Part shown: positions 1 through 16,161 of the stretch, piece after piece
How the letters are laid out: every line of letters starts with the position of its first letter
Numbering within the stretch: position 1 is the stretch's first letter
Assembly: GCA_951406725.2 (NCBI GenBank)
Contig: OX597826.1
Span: 8,866,001-8,930,000 of the forward strand
Length of the DNA: 64,000 nt
Direction of reading: 5' to 3'
DNA from: Octopus vulgaris
Taxonomy: Eukaryota
The notes under the pieces: model-generated
What the model saw: the letters and a program-made list of their open reading frames with translations, nothing else
Told to the model about the DNA's origin: nothing
Databases searched by the model: none
Position numbers and translations under genes: made by a program

Positions 1-988
1 GGACTTCGTTAAAACAGTCCTTCCCGCAAAGCAAATTAAATAAAAATTTGGGATTTTTTGCGGAGGGTAGCAAAAACAGGACAGTAAGAACAAAACAGTA
101 AAAAGAAACGGTGAGGGCTGTTAAGCCAAGACGAGGTGAAGTGGTGAACGCTTGGAAAAACGAGCTTTGAGAAGAGACAAGCAAAAGTACGTCTTGGCTT
201 TAGGAATGAAGTGGAAGAAAGAAAGATAGATAGCCGTTGGTCACGTGTGAGCAATGAGAGGATGCATAGAAACTTTCATTATTCCATACACCTATCGCAC
301 CATTCTTATGTGCCAATATGCATAAGCAATGGTTCGTTCGAAACAGCTGTCAAAATAAAATTTATACAAAACTCCTGTTTATTTTCTATTCTTTACTGCG
401 TACTCTGTATTTTCTATTCCTTGTAAGTATGCTCGTTAAGCCTATTTGTGTTTATCTGTCTTTCCATATCATCTCAACGAGGATTATTCTTAAACTTTCT
501 ACGTTAGAGGAATCTGCCCCAGATTAACGAGTTAAATCTTTAGTTCTCATTTATCTAAGCACTGCTCTGTAGATATACAATGTGTCCATAAATTATCTTT
601 TCAACTTCTATACTTTTAAAATCCATATTGTAAAGAGGCTTTATGGACGCCGTATAAGTGTGTGCGCGCGCGTGTGTGTGTGTGTGTCTGTGACTATCTG
701 TCTGTGTATGTGTTTAGGTGTGTATGTGCGTGTCTGTGAGCGCGTGAGTGTGTGTGAACACCAATGCCACATATTTCGGTTGTTGTGTATGTTACGCTTA
801 AAGAATAACACACATATACACACATGCATACATATTTATACACATTTATAAAAATATAAATATATTAAACTAATCTTGTCGCAAATTGACGTTGACAATC
901 TTCGGTCCAGTATCGTATTTTAAAAGTCGGAATTGAATAAAGATCGTTAGTTGACAAACTTGGAAATATCCCTTTAAATATATACTAA

Positions 989-2410
<1,422 letters not shown>

Positions 2411-2694
2411 GAAAGTGTAATGACATATACTTATGGATGATTTACATTCTTATGTTCTCTGGTGGTGCCTCAGCATGGCCACGGCCTTAAGGCTGAAGCA
2501 TATAAAAGAATAAAACAATACGTGGCACTGTCCCTATCTTACTCTTTCCACCCGTTATAACTATCTAATTGATTCTGTACTCAAATACATTTTTCACGGG
2601 TCTTACGAGAAATTCTAAGCAACGACATCTTGAGCTATTCAGCTTCAATTTATATCATGTGTACGGAGTGTAAGTATTTAAGTACACACATATG

Positions 2695-2775
2695 ACTATA
2701 TATGTGTTTGTGTATGTATGTATGTGTATACATATATGTATATATATATGTATATATATATATATGTAGATATAG

Positions 2776-2850
<75 letters not shown>

Positions 2851-2859
2851 GATAGATAG

Positions 2860-2902
<43 letters not shown>
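2695..2902. repeat. (AT)n-rich microsatellite
   Basis: Directly visible. Confidence 0.97.
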
Positions 2903-2907
<5 letters not shown>

Positions 2908-3323
2908 ATGTACGCCGTGACATAAAAGATTATCAGGATTTTCTGTGATTTTCTGTCTGTATACACACGCTGGTACGTAGGAATTTATAAAGCTTATCTG
3001 TTTATAAATATATACATACATACTTAACTACCTCACTATCTCTTTGTAGCTAGCTAGCAAGCTATCTATCTGTCTATCAATCTGTCTCTCTGTCTCTCTG
3101 TCTCTCTGTCTATCTATGAATCTCATCTATCAAAAGGTGTTTGGGATATCATAAATACCCTTGGATTGCATTTATCTCCTTCGACACACTCTCGCTGGTC
3201 TTCATCACAAACTACTGGCTTTTTGCTTTATCTCGCTTGTGCTTTCTTTTTCTTTTTGCAGCCTTCTGCTGCAACGCCTCACACTGCACCCTACGACACA
3301 ACACCGACCTGAAACATACTCAC

Positions 3324-3442
3324 CAATCAGTATTAACATGACCAGCATCATAATACCACTGCGTCTTTTCACCTCCCGTTTTTCTCTCTTCTCCTTCGCT
3401 TCTCTCCAGCCCAATCGGCACCACGTACAGATAATAAATCAT
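3324..3442 (-). CDS. Candidate short coding exon (possible signal-peptide exon MMLVMLILI-G)
   Basis: Non-repetitive island; minus-strand donor G|GTGAGT at 3324/3323; open frames from ATG 3351 (MMLVMLILI, phase 1) or ATG 3442 (MIYYLYVVPIG..., phase 2); no homology recognised. Confidence 0.25.
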
Positions 3443-3624
3443 TGATGGACGGCTATTGATTATGATGATGGATGCCGATGGTGGCGAGTGGTGAGTAGTG
3501 GCGAATAGTATTATGGTCTGTTCGTGTTTATTCTCTAAGATAGCAACTAATATTTCTAACCACCCATCGAAAACAAAATGTCTGACGTGATTTGTTGTTG
3601 CACGAGAATATAGGAAAGAAAGTC

Positions 3625-3682
3625 ACAGAGAGAGATAGACAAAGTGAGAGAAAGAGAGAGAGAGACAGGGAGAGAGAGAGAG

Positions 3683-3768
<86 letters not shown>

Positions 3769-3800
3769 TGAGTGTGTGCGTGCGTGATAGAGAGAGAGAG
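3625..3800. repeat. (AG)n(GT)n microsatellite
   Basis: Directly visible. Confidence 0.97.
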
Positions 3801-3999
3801 GCCACCTGCTGAAGAGGTTTCTATTGGATATATGTATGTTTGTGTGATCATGTGTAACTATATATATATGTGTGTGTGTGTATAGATATGTAACTGCCTT
3901 ATCGACCGTGTGTATGTATATATGTATGTGTGTATTAAGTATGATACATAGATGGCTGATTTAATGTTGCCTCATTTGTGTACACTGGATGTATATGTA

Positions 4000-4279
4000 T
4001 AGGCGCAGGCGTGGCTGTTTGTTAAAAAGCTTGATTCCCAACCACATGGTTCCGGGTTCAGTCCCACTACGGGACACCTTGGTGAAGGGCCTCTGCTATT
4101 CTTTTATTTGTTTCAGTCATTTGACTGCAGCCATGGTGGTGCACCGCCTTTAGTCGAACAAATCGACCCACTACTTATTCTATCGTTCTCTTTTGCTGAA
4201 CCGCTAAGTTACGGGGACGTGAACACACCAACATCGGTTGTCAAGCGATGGTGGAGGGGGACAAACACAGACACACAAC

Positions 4280-4369
<90 letters not shown>

Positions 4370-4430
4370 CGACGGGCTTCTTTCAGTTTCCGTCTACCAA
4401 ATGCACTCTCGAGGCTTTGGTCGGCCTCGA
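4000..4430. mobile_element. SINE family A: + strand head (4000-4097) abutting a - strand body/tail (4098-4430)
   Basis: Head TAGGCGCAGGCGTGGCTG...GGTTCAGTCCC (A/B boxes); remainder is the reverse complement of the family A body seen at 31842-32308. Confidence 0.85.
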
Positions 4431-5317
4431 GTAGAATAACCCAGCATTTCGTATCCTCTCACTGACAATGGCTTTGTCTTGGGCTATGACTCTTATTTCT
4501 CAACGGTACAACCCACCAAAATGCAACAAGTTGCTACTCACAGAATTATGTTTGTTTGGACTTTTGTTTTTTTCTTTTTCTTTTCTTTTTTTACGTTACC
4601 TTGCTATACTGAGTTAAACTTACAGAGTTAAGGGAGTACAAACAAATTTAATAGTACTCAACTTTAAAGATCACAGATTTCATTGGTTTGTGTGCTGTGG
4701 ATATACGAAAATCCATACTGATCTGCATTCACTAGGCAAAGCAAGTTAATGTTCTACTAATCTAAGAACAATTGGATGGGGTCCATCTTCTTTGGAAAAG
4801 AGAATGTGCCAATACCGCCATATTCCCTTCTTGCAGGAAAAAAAATAACCTCATCCTTTCATTGCCTGTAACAATATCAGAGACCTAGCAACTACAGGCT
4901 ACAATTTTAGCTGGGACACATACGGCAATATAACTCGCAGGCAGAGGCCCGGGTATCCTTGGACTTTTCACCCATGCATCTTTTTACCTACAGTGAAGTC
5001 TTCTCGCATCAAACAAAACATCGCCATTTTCGTGTCACCACAAAAATACAAAAAAAAACTTATCTAATTTACTAACTTTACTGAATATTTTTGGGTTTTT
5101 TTCTGTTTCCTTTTCGTTTTTTTTTTTTCTTGCCCAATATAGACACCACCACCCACACCCCTTACATCGTTCTTCTGTTTGTGCTTTGACTTATTTTCTC
5201 TATTTATATTTTGATATATTTATTTTATTGTATAGACAACGGTTCTGTTATTCTGTTGTTCTCTCAACGATGCAATCGGGGTGATGTGGTAGATGTCTCT
5301 TGCTATCGTATTCGCCC

Positions 5318-5612
<295 letters not shown>

Positions 5613-6383
5613 TAGGGTGGTGATGTATACGTGTGTATATGTGTGTGTATACTTATGTATGTCTGAAATTGTCTGATCTATTCACCACAAATGTTTCATT
5701 GAACAAATCGCTTGGAGGTGTAAACATTTAACTTGTTAAATGTGGGGAGGAAATACTCTGAGCTGAATAATAATCAGAAAACGACATTTTCTAGTGACGT
5801 AATAGAGTTTGAGGCGGAAGCAATCTGACATTGAAAAGGTTAAAAGGTGAAAGTTAACTTTGGCGAAAATGATCTTCACTTCGGTGCAATCCAAGTCAGA
5901 ATAAACAGCTCTATTGTCCGATTTTACTTTATTTTATTTATTTTATTTTTGCTTTCTATTTATTTTATTTTTGTTGTTTATTTTATTTTATTTTATTTTA
6001 TCTTATCTTATTTTATTTTATTGGTGATCGATTCTGATGTAAAAGTCCGTGATTTGGTCAACAGTTGTCGTGTGTATTCTTAGTAGTTAAATTGTTAATG
6101 TTATAACAGTCGTTGTTGTTCTTTAGCCCCAGGTAATTCTCAACTGAGCAAAACTAAGATCAAAGACGCTCTGGTTGTGACCATCACGTATATTTTGTAT
6201 ATATTAGAACTACATTGGCCAGTATGCTTCTTTTTCCTTTTATGAGGTATTGAAAAATTGAAAAAGGGAATAATTTGGTTGCAATTTTTAACAGGTTGAA
6301 CGACTGCGTAGACTCCTCCGTGGTTCCTTAATGTATAAGTTACATAAGCAGACATAAAGTCAGACAGACTGATACATATAGAC

Positions 6384-6457
<74 letters not shown>

Positions 6458-6601
6458 AGAGAGAGAGAATGAGTGAGTGAGTGAGTGAGTGATATAGATG
6501 AATAGATAGATTTAGATACTCGTCATCAAGATAATAATAATGATAATAAAAATGGTAATACAACCCCAGTGTCACTTTGATAGCATGCACTGCTCTCATT
6601 C

Positions 6602-6656
<55 letters not shown>

Positions 6657-6658
<2 letters not shown>

Positions 6659-7040
6659 GATTAGTAAATATAAAGACTTGCTAATAGAAATTGAAAAAAT
6701 GTGGCATCTAAAGGCGACTACAGTACCAGTGATTGTAGGATCTCTAGGAATGATAAAAAAAAGTACTGAAACCTATTTGAAAATGATTCCAGGCTTACCA
6801 TCCCTACAGGAAGTGCAAAAAATCGTGTTAACTGGAACGGCTCATGTACTGAGAAGAGCATTATCGATGTGAAAACAACTTCCATTCATGAATTTATTTA
6901 TTCATTAATTTTTAAATACATATTTGTCTGTGAATTTGCGTGTGTAATCTGGGAATGCATACAATGAGCTTCTATGCCCTAGGTGTATGGAAAACACTCG
7001 GCGAGAAACGGAAGAAAATTTGAAAAAAGAAGGAAAAAAC
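6657..7040 (+). mobile_element. 5'-truncated R4/Dong-type non-LTR retrotransposon (end of REL endonuclease ORF plus 3' UTR) within (AAT)n
   Basis: KISKYKDLLIEIEKMW..PVIVGSLG..LQEVQKIVLTGTAHVLRRALSM* (stop 6872); (AAT)n on both sides. Confidence 0.85.
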
Positions 7041-7043
7041 ATC

Positions 7044-7106
<63 letters not shown>

Positions 7107-7127
7107 GTAATAATAATAATAATAATG

Positions 7128-7512
7128 AAAGGGGGGAAAACTAAACTGTACTCAAGTAATGAATTCCTTGGAGAAGTTAATATTAAAAGGAGAATCTTCC
7201 GTTACTTTTTGTAATTACATAACAATGACACTTAGGAAAGTTAAGATGGGTTACCGATGTGGGAAGAAGGGCCCATCATTGAACCATCTTCTGTTTATGG
7301 ATGGCCTGAAATTGTTTGGGAAATCTTAAAAACAGATAGATTCCTTAACGAAAACAGTCCAGAAGTATGGTAGGGACATCGGTATGGAATTTGGGATTAC
7401 CAAATCCTCAGTACTTAATATGAAAAGAGGGAAGAAAGCATCCTGCAGCGGATTGCGGTTACCATCAGGAGAGACCATGGGTAAACCCGACGGTAGTGGG
7501 TATAGATATTTG
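7128..7512 (+). pseudogene. R4/Dong-type reverse transcriptase fragment
   Basis: Disrupted translation ...GEVNIKRRIF...LNHLLFMDGLKLFGKS*KQIDSL...DIGMEFGITK...YRYL (FMDD catalytic motif decayed to FMDG). Confidence 0.8.
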
Positions 7513-8152
7513 TCTTCTACTGAACCGGGGTCATCCCTTGACCCTAGGGTCACAGCAGGTTCTCATCTCATGAAGAGTACACGGCGTAAAATGTGTGCGG
7601 AACCTAGCAACACTATTTTCTGAAGTTCTCCCACGTTAACACTGCAAGGGAGTTTGTTGAGCTGCTTATCAAGGCCCTTTTTAATTAGCCCTAATGCTCC
7701 AATCACCACTGGTGCTGTGCTGCTTTTCATTCCCCACATCTTGGTCACTTCTATTTCTAGGTCTTTGTACTTAAATAACTTCTCAACTTCTTTAACGGAC
7801 ACATTTCTCTCAGATGGTACTGTCACATCTATCATTAAGCATTTCTTATCTTTCCAATCTTTGATGATTATGTCCGGCCTGTTTGCCTTGATTTCTTTAT
7901 CGGTGTTGATTGGCATGTACCAGAATACTGTTATATCACCTTTTCCTGTCACAGTTTCAGGTTTATACTGGTATCATCTGAAGTTGGAAGCTGGTAGTGT
8001 TTACATATCTTCCAATGGATATATTGCGCTACTCTATCGTGTATATGAATATATTCGGTTTTTGCAAGCGCTGTGCATCCGGTTAAAATGTAGTCCACTG
8101 TTTCATCCTACTCATGAAACATTCTGCAGTTCGGGTCAGTGCCATCGTTCAT
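7513..8152 (-). mobile_element. R4/Dong-type 3' fragment: decayed CCHC knuckle, REL endonuclease and short 3' UTR
   Basis: Minus strand DPNCRM..ETVDYILTGC..HDRVAQYIHW, then ANRPDIII..IDVTVP..KEVEKLFKYKDL..PVVIGALG..HILRRVLFMR* (stop 7563); begins at (GAT/AAT)n. Confidence 0.85.
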
Positions 8153-8198
8153 TATCATCATCATCATCATCATCATCATCATTATTATTATTATTATT

Positions 8199-8760
8199 GA
8201 GTGGGACAGTAGTGCATGCCATTAAAGTGACACTGCGGTACAAATATACGAAGCCCTCTATACCCATCATGACTACTCGTCTGATAAGGGTACACCAGGA
8301 ACATGTATCACAACCATGTATGCGTGACATGGCGATCTCATATCACGATAAACAGCGCATGATCTTGCAGGTGGGGCCGAGTGAGAATTTTCTTCAGATC
8401 GAGTAGCCCATCCAACTCAAATAGTCCATGAATAAGAGTCGTTTAAAGATGTTGAATGAACCACCCATGTTTCCAGACGTGAATTATTCAAACCCCAAAG
8501 AATCCCTCTCAACACATGGCCATGATGCTCCCCCACTACTTCTGCTCGTGATCAGAGATGCACATATCGTCAGCCACTAAGGGACATGGTCAACTGGTTA
8601 AGGTCAAACAATTGACAGGCAAATCTGTGATATTGAGCAGAATATTTGTTGTAGCCCGTCTTTTATACCAAAACAAAACAATGTACATGATAACACTTCC
8701 AATCAGTTAAGACCAGAAGCCATGAGAGCCACTGCCTGGTACTGTATCAGGGCATTTATT
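8199..8760 (-). mobile_element. Non-coding (AAT)n-associated repeat, family E (longest copy)
   Basis: Homologous to 37596-37915 and 6564-6601; all copies end at the same terminus next to (AAT)n. Confidence 0.75.
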
Positions 8761-9053
8761 ATTATTATAACACTTCCAATCAGTTAAGATCAGAAAGTCA
8801 TCGTCGTCGTCGTCGCCATGGTGGTGTTCATCGACATTCTCAACCATATGTCAGACGAAATATTTGCCGATCAGAACTTGTGAAGTTTGGTATTTAAATA
8901 CTAAATAATATTGCACTGGTTCCAGATCATCTGATGCCATATGAAGAATTGTCTGTTACTTTCTTTCTTTATTCATTTACCTAAATTTATCTTTTTTTTT
9001 TTTCTAATTGTTTGCACCTTCCTTATTGATTACAGTATTTTTTCTTTCTCTCT

Positions 9054-9121
9054 TTGTTGTTGTTGTCGTTGTTGTTGTTGGGGGATGGTGGTGGTGGTTG
9101 TTGTCGTCGTTGTTGTTGTTG

Positions 9122-9153
<32 letters not shown>

Positions 9154-9197
9154 GGTGGTGGTGGTGGTGGTGGTGGTGGTGGTGGTGGTGGTGGTGT
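9054..9197. repeat. (GTT)n(GGT)n microsatellite
   Basis: Directly visible. Confidence 0.97.
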
Positions 9198-9464
9198 TAC
9201 TGTTGATGTTCTGATTGTTATTTCCCAGTGCGGTCCACTGACCATTTCGCTATCGATGCTACTTGCAGACAGACAGAACATCTCAGCTGACATTTATTGG
9301 GCGCCGACCGATCTCACTCTTGATTGTTTCATAAGAACGAAAGGCAAAGAACCCCGACCTCAGCTGATCTGATTCTCACCACACCACTTCATCTTTTTAT
9401 ATCTTTTTATATGAATTTCGTCTTTATATATCGGTTTCTATTTTTTTTTCAGCCATTGGAATGT

Positions 9465-9920
<456 letters not shown>

Positions 9921-10770
9921 TGTGCGTATATGAATGTATATATGAGTTTGTATGTGTTCTTGTTTTTAGTTTGTTGTAACCTCCAGGGCCAACGTCGTTC
10001 TGAACCATCGTCTTCAGGGTAGTATAAAACGCCTAAGGTTTCTTAGAACACATCATCATCGTTCGTCTTCAATTTTACCATAACTTTAGTGCCGTCTGCA
10101 TATCTGCTGAGTGAAGACGATTTTACATTTTTCAAACCTGACAGCATTATGATGGACAATTAAGTGTTATTATCTTCGTAATAGTATGTAGGTGGATAGA
10201 AAGGATAACGAGAAGGCTATTAATATAAAAAGGGAAGCGTGTGGGAGACATAGCCAAACACTGAGTTACACAACTGTGATCTTATGTGGGAAGAAGAGAA
10301 AGCTGTCGATATATCCTGTAAGGGAACGGTATGACAGGAAATATCCAGTCCATGAGATGATAAGTCAATGTCGCCCACATATTCAGTGGATTCTGCTGGA
10401 AAGTTCTTCTGGTAAATTCGCCTTTGCTAATGACTTGGCACAAAAATACTTTTACCGAAGTTTTCAAGGGCGAGAGACCAGTAAACTCTGACGTAAGAGA
10501 ATAAGTCTCTGGTAAATCTCATATTATATTGGTAGTCACTGCGAAGAGAAAAAGAAAGACGTAGAAGGAGAAAACGGGAGTCGCTTAGAACTAGTTCCAT
10601 GACCTTTGGAAAAATTCAGAAGTGAACGCAATAAGTTGGTAGCTGGCAGAATCGAAGAGAGAGATAATTCTTTGTGGAATATCGTGTAGGACGCCATGGT
10701 AGATAGTTAGCTCCTACACGCATTTTTTTTCTCTCCTTGTTTCTCTCCTTGTTTTTTTTTTTTCTGTGTA

Positions 10771-10808
10771 TCTTTCTGTTGAAGAGCGTAGGCTCGAAAC
10801 GTAAAAGA
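10771..10808 (+). ncRNA. Minimal type I hammerhead ribozyme motif (A6U core variant) in short repeat 10706-10910
   Basis: TCTTT-CTGTTGA-A-GAGC-GTAG-GCTC-GAAA-CG-TA/AAAGA: stem I TCTTT/AAAGA, stem II GAGC/GCTC, palindromic ACGT stem III. Confidence 0.65.
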
Positions 10809-11745
10809 CTTTTTCTATTTCTATTCCTGAGCGCTATACTAATACAATTGTTTGTTTGTACTCCACCTGCCTTCGTCTTTTGTTTATTTTCGTAAACCTT
10901 CCCGTTATGATATAACGTACATATCCTTAAGATGTGACAGGTTCCGACAGATGGAAAAATATAGAATTCGGTGAAAATAAGTAGCCGTGGAATACTTTGA
11001 CTGGATGTAAATTGTAGGCATGAAAAATTATTATAAATAATCAAACATGAATAAAATTAACTACTTCGGTTATAAACTCTTTAAAACATTTATTATCAAT
11101 TTTATTTAATTATTTGTTGTACCATTAAAGAGTTGGACGATTGCACTGTGTTGGATTTAGTCTTTGCTCTTCGTTCATGTTCGCCACGTTGAATTTACTT
11201 AAACCGAACAGAGCAGACGAGGACTAAAATGTTGTCGTCTGTAAAGAAATCAGAAAGGAAATCAATTGATTTTTTTTTTCGTTTTTCATTTTTTTTTTTT
11301 CTTTTTTCTGGCATCAGGATTTTCAATGAAAGCTAAGAAGACATGAGTTTTAAACAAGCAAGTTTAAGAATTTTAATATAATTTTAATAAATAGTTTTGA
11401 TATTCATTTACGAATGAATTATTTTGATATAGTTTAACTGCTACGTTTGCAAGAGAAAATACTTTTAAAGATATGGTTATTTATGAACATTTTATGTAAA
11501 AACCTACCAATTAATGTTTCCATTTATTTAATCTTCAAACTTATCCCGCATTTCTTCTAAGAATTGTTTGTCTTTTAGAATATCCAAGCAGAAATTTCGT
11601 TTGAAATTTTGTTGCACAGTAAACTAAAGATTCTCTTTCATTCATTTTTCAAAAGATAAAATGTGTATTTTTATGAATTTTTCTAAATAATAAGTAAAGT
11701 TGCATATTTTTCTTTTTTGAGACGTCCATCAAATTTCTGCCGTGC

Positions 11746-11785
11746 CTACACACACACACACACATTCTCATATCTGTATGTATGC

Positions 11786-11858
<73 letters not shown>

Positions 11859-11978
11859 TGTATGTATGTATGTATGTATTTATGTATGTATGTATGTATG
11901 TATGCATGCATGTATGTGTGTATGTATTTATATGTATATATACATATACATACATACACACATACATGCATACATACA

Positions 11979-12014
<36 letters not shown>

Positions 12015-12063
12015 TATATATACATAAATATTCACTTACATACACAAATGCACACATATATAA

Positions 12064-12129
<66 letters not shown>

Positions 12130-12137
12130 CACACACA
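11746..12137. repeat. Compound (AT)n(ATGT)n(ACAT)n(AC)n microsatellite
   Basis: Directly visible. Confidence 0.96.
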
Positions 12138-12614
12138 TGCGTATACACGAGAGGTATATATAAATATAAGCGCACACATTAGAAGTGACTATATTGAAGA
12201 GAAACTCGAGAAATAACAACCAAATCTCCCTCAAATCACAACTTCGCATCTTAAAAAGAAAGAGGACACATTAAATATTGTATTTCTCGATGTTCTACAC
12301 CTGCATAAAAGACGTGATGGTCACGACCGGAATGTATTTAATCATACATCAGGCCAATCAAATCTAGTCAGTTAAGTTGACCAAACAATTCCAAAGATGT
12401 GTCCTTGCGAACAGAATAGCTTTCAGTTTTTTAAATGAACAATATCGTTTATATTCTGTCTCTTCGTGTCCTTTGACTTAGTGATTCGACATAGAGAGAT
12501 CAATAAAATAAATAGAAAGCGGGAATAATTGCTGGGAGCGGGGTTGATATGATTGTCTAAATCCGAAAATTCTTCACTCGGAAAAACGAGATTAACAACA
12601 TCTGCAACGACAAC

Positions 12615-12689
<75 letters not shown>

Positions 12690-12850
12690 GAGTGTGGTAA
12701 GAAGCTTGCTTCGCAACCACATGGTTCCGCTTTCAGTCCCACAGCATAAAGCACCTTGGGCAAGTGTTTTCTATTATAGCCTCGAGCTGACCAAAGCCTT
12801 GTAAATGAATTTGGTAGACAGAAATTGAAAGAAACTCGTAGTATACGTAT

Positions 12851-12934
<84 letters not shown>

Positions 12935-13030
12935 GTAGATAGATAGATAGATAAAGACAGAGAGAGAGACAGACAGACAGGCAGGCAGGCAGACAGTCAG
13001 ACAGAGAGACAGACAAACAGACAGACAGAA

Positions 13031-13065
<35 letters not shown>

Positions 13066-13095
13066 AAGACAGACAGACAGATAGATAGATAGATG

Positions 13096-13168
<73 letters not shown>

Positions 13169-13430
13169 AGACAGAGATAGGGAGATAGATATGTGTGTAC
13201 ATATGTATATATCTATGTTTGTGTGTCTTTGTGTCTGTTTTGTTCCCCACCTCCGCTTGACAACCGGGGTTTGTGTGTTTACGTCCCCCTAACTTAGTTG
13301 TTGGGCAAAAGATTTCGATAGGATAGTTACCAGGCTTTAAAAGAATGTACTGGTGTCGATTCACTCAACTAAAAATTCTTCAAGGCGGTGCCCCAGCATG
13401 GCCCCAGTCTAATGACTGAAACAAGCATAA
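12690..13430 (+). mobile_element. SINE family A with ~350 bp central (GATA/GACA)n expansion
   Basis: Head TGTGGTAAGAAGCTTGCTT.., tail ..GGCGGTGCCCCAGCATGG..GACTGAAACAAG. Confidence 0.85.
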
Positions 13431-14001
13431 AAAAAAAAGATTTAAAAAACGAATCTGTAGAACGCCATTGGCCATAGGGTTCCTGGGACCAGCGAGAAAA
13501 TTTCAGGATACGACGGGATAATTTGGGAATTCTAGAAAACAACTTTTAAGTTGGAAAATTCATTCTCATTATTCAAATTGCCTTCCACGACATTTATTTT
13601 CCTTAATATGGTTATCCTTTATGATTCCAATTCCCCTGAGATAGTTCTTCGTTACAAACTCCCTGACTTAAAGCGATCTAAATTTAAAAGTCCTTGAAAA
13701 ATTCAAACACAAGGTTAATAAGGTCAAGGTTATTTTACCTAATGCTTCGCTAATTTCCAGTATATTATTTCAACAGAAATATGGTAACAAGTATTGTGGA
13801 ATTAAAAGTACAATCCACGCGATTGGATTCTATCCAGTTTCCATGTTGACGCGATTTCACTCACTCTCTATGACATTTATCCTGCATGCCACGCAACGGG
13901 ATCGAACTTAGAATATTGTAGTTACGACGCAACCTTCAAAAGAATTGGACCACACAGAGACTGTGAGTGTATTTATGTGTATGTATATATGTGAATATGT
14001 A

Positions 14002-14093
<92 letters not shown>

Positions 14094-14094
<1 letters not shown>

Positions 14095-14790
14095 AAGAAA
14101 AATAAGTTGGCTAGCAGCAAGCTGTTTCGCCTCATACCGAAGGAATTAGAAATGGCAGTCAAAGACCGTTTTTTCCATTTCTATAAGTGGAGATTCCAAA
14201 AACGAAGGCCCTTGCGGCTCACATACACAAAACCGGAGTGGCAAATATACGAATTCAGTCACTTACCGTTAATAGCGAACACCGTGTTTCTGGATCACAA
14301 ACATATAAAAAAAGGGGAGTTTGAATTCCGTCATCAGCGCTATATTCGATAGCTTTATCAAATGCCACCAGCCCTCACTTCTGACCCAGCGACATCAGAT
14401 AGTGGGGGGAAGTGCGCAGATGTTAAAACCAAGTAACGACTGGGAACGTAAATTTTCCCTCCAAAATTCTGCCATGCGCGCCTTCTGGGTAATCGTAATG
14501 GAATGAGGAATCCACATGGTAATACAATAAAAATGGTAAATAATTTTCCTGTGGTTTTTCATGTAACCAACAATTATTTACCGGTAAATTTCGGTATGTA
14601 AATACGACAAAATAATTGTCAAGACCTTTGTAAGGTTCAGTATATAGTAAAGAAAAATAAGTTGGCTAGCAGCAAGCTGTTTCGCCTCATACCGAAGGAA
14701 TTAGAAATGGCAGTCAAAGACCGTTTTTTCCATTTCTATAAGTGGAGATTCCAAAAACGAAGGCCCTTGCGGCTCACATACACAAAACCG
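14094..14790 (-). mobile_element. Hammerhead-containing non-autonomous element (Penelope-derived/retrozyme-like), 555 bp monomer plus ~142 bp terminal direct repeat, in (TA)n
   Basis: 14094-14235 repeated identically at 14649-14790; (TA)n both sides; hammerhead at 14272-14343. Confidence 0.85.
14272..14343 (-). ncRNA. Type I hammerhead ribozyme (canonical core)
   Basis: Minus strand ATAGCG-CTGATGA-C-GGA..CAAAC..GTTTG..TCC-A-GAAA-CAC-G-GTG-TT/CGCTAT; perfect 6-bp stem I. Confidence 0.85.
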
Positions 14791-14960
14791 ATATATATAT
14801 ATATATATATTATATATATGTAATGATGTATGTATGTATATTGTATGTATACATGTATATATATATATATGTACACACACACACACACACATATATATAA
14901 ATATATATCTACATATATAAACTTATACATACGTGCACGCAGATACATAGTCCATGTGTA

Positions 14961-15010
<50 letters not shown>

Positions 15011-15215
15011 TATATATATAGAGAGAGTTATACTCACACACACATATACATATATATATACATATACATATATATACATATATTTATATAGGTATGCATA
15101 TATATGTACTTATGTGTATGCATGTGTATGTGTGTGTGCATACATACACGCATATATATACGTGTCTATGAATACTGTTTGTATATGTGTGCTTCTGAGT
15201 GTGAGAGCGTGTGAG

Positions 15216-15249
<34 letters not shown>

Positions 15250-16161
15250 AGCGTGTGGGTGTGTGTGAGTGTATGTGTGTACAGGAGAATGGGAATTTGT
15301 GTGGGTGTAAATCTAACTATAAAGCAAATAATTGAATTTAAAATGTTGCTTTTGTAACCTGGTCTTCTACTCATAGCAGTATGTTAGTTACTTTACAGAC
15401 TACGTTTAATTACGAATTAAACAAAACAGAATGCAAAAGAAAAAGCAGAGAGGAAAATGAAATGAAATGAAATAAATAGAGCTAACAACTAACAAGAAGA
15501 AGTGTGAAGTGTAGATATAGAGGCTTTAGTGACTCTATGGTTTACTTAAATGCGTCGAGAGTAAATTGAATTTTCTCAAGTAGCCAATAATGAACTTCAT
15601 TTCGGAAAGTAATCCAAATGTTTTATAAGATTTATATGATGGAAATTGCGATTTCATGTCTTCTATTTCTTAGTCTTTGATGAAAAAAAATTCGATTAGA
15701 TTTCTTTATACACAGAGACCCATACACTCTTCGATCACCTACCTTGACACTGGGAGCCTTTTGTAGTGGCAATTGTATTACAAGTTTTCGGCTAAGATCT
15801 CTAGTTTGGGGATAGGATGATGTTTTTTCTCCCAACGGTCAAGGAAGGTTTGAATTCCTGCAAATGGTCATGGGTGTGGTACTTCAGTCTCTGACTAACC
15901 CATTACAAAATTTGTATATATTCAAAATTTTGCTTCCTTAACCCGTGATTTAGTAGAAACCATCGCATTGCAGTCTTCGGCTAAGATCTCTGATCTGAGA
16001 ACAGCATGATTTTATTTTTATCCCAATGGTCAAGGAAGCTATGAATTCCTGCAAATGGCCAATAATGCGAGCGGCATCAATAAACAAAAATAAAATTATT
16101 CAAATATTTGGTTCCTTAACCTGTGGCTTAGTGAAGGCCATCCTGCTGCATGCATTCGGCC

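Noticed and set aside
7128-8152. Classical twin-priming inversion
   Set aside because: Fragments are convergent; twin priming gives divergent polarity with the tail outermost
14110-14160. Second hammerhead-like string in the terminal repeat (..AGGCGAAACAGC..GCTG)
   Set aside because: No CUGANGA core and no UH site
15787-15990. GGCTAAGATC match to the U2 snRNA 5' region
   Set aside because: Only ~10 nt match; flanks do not continue as U2
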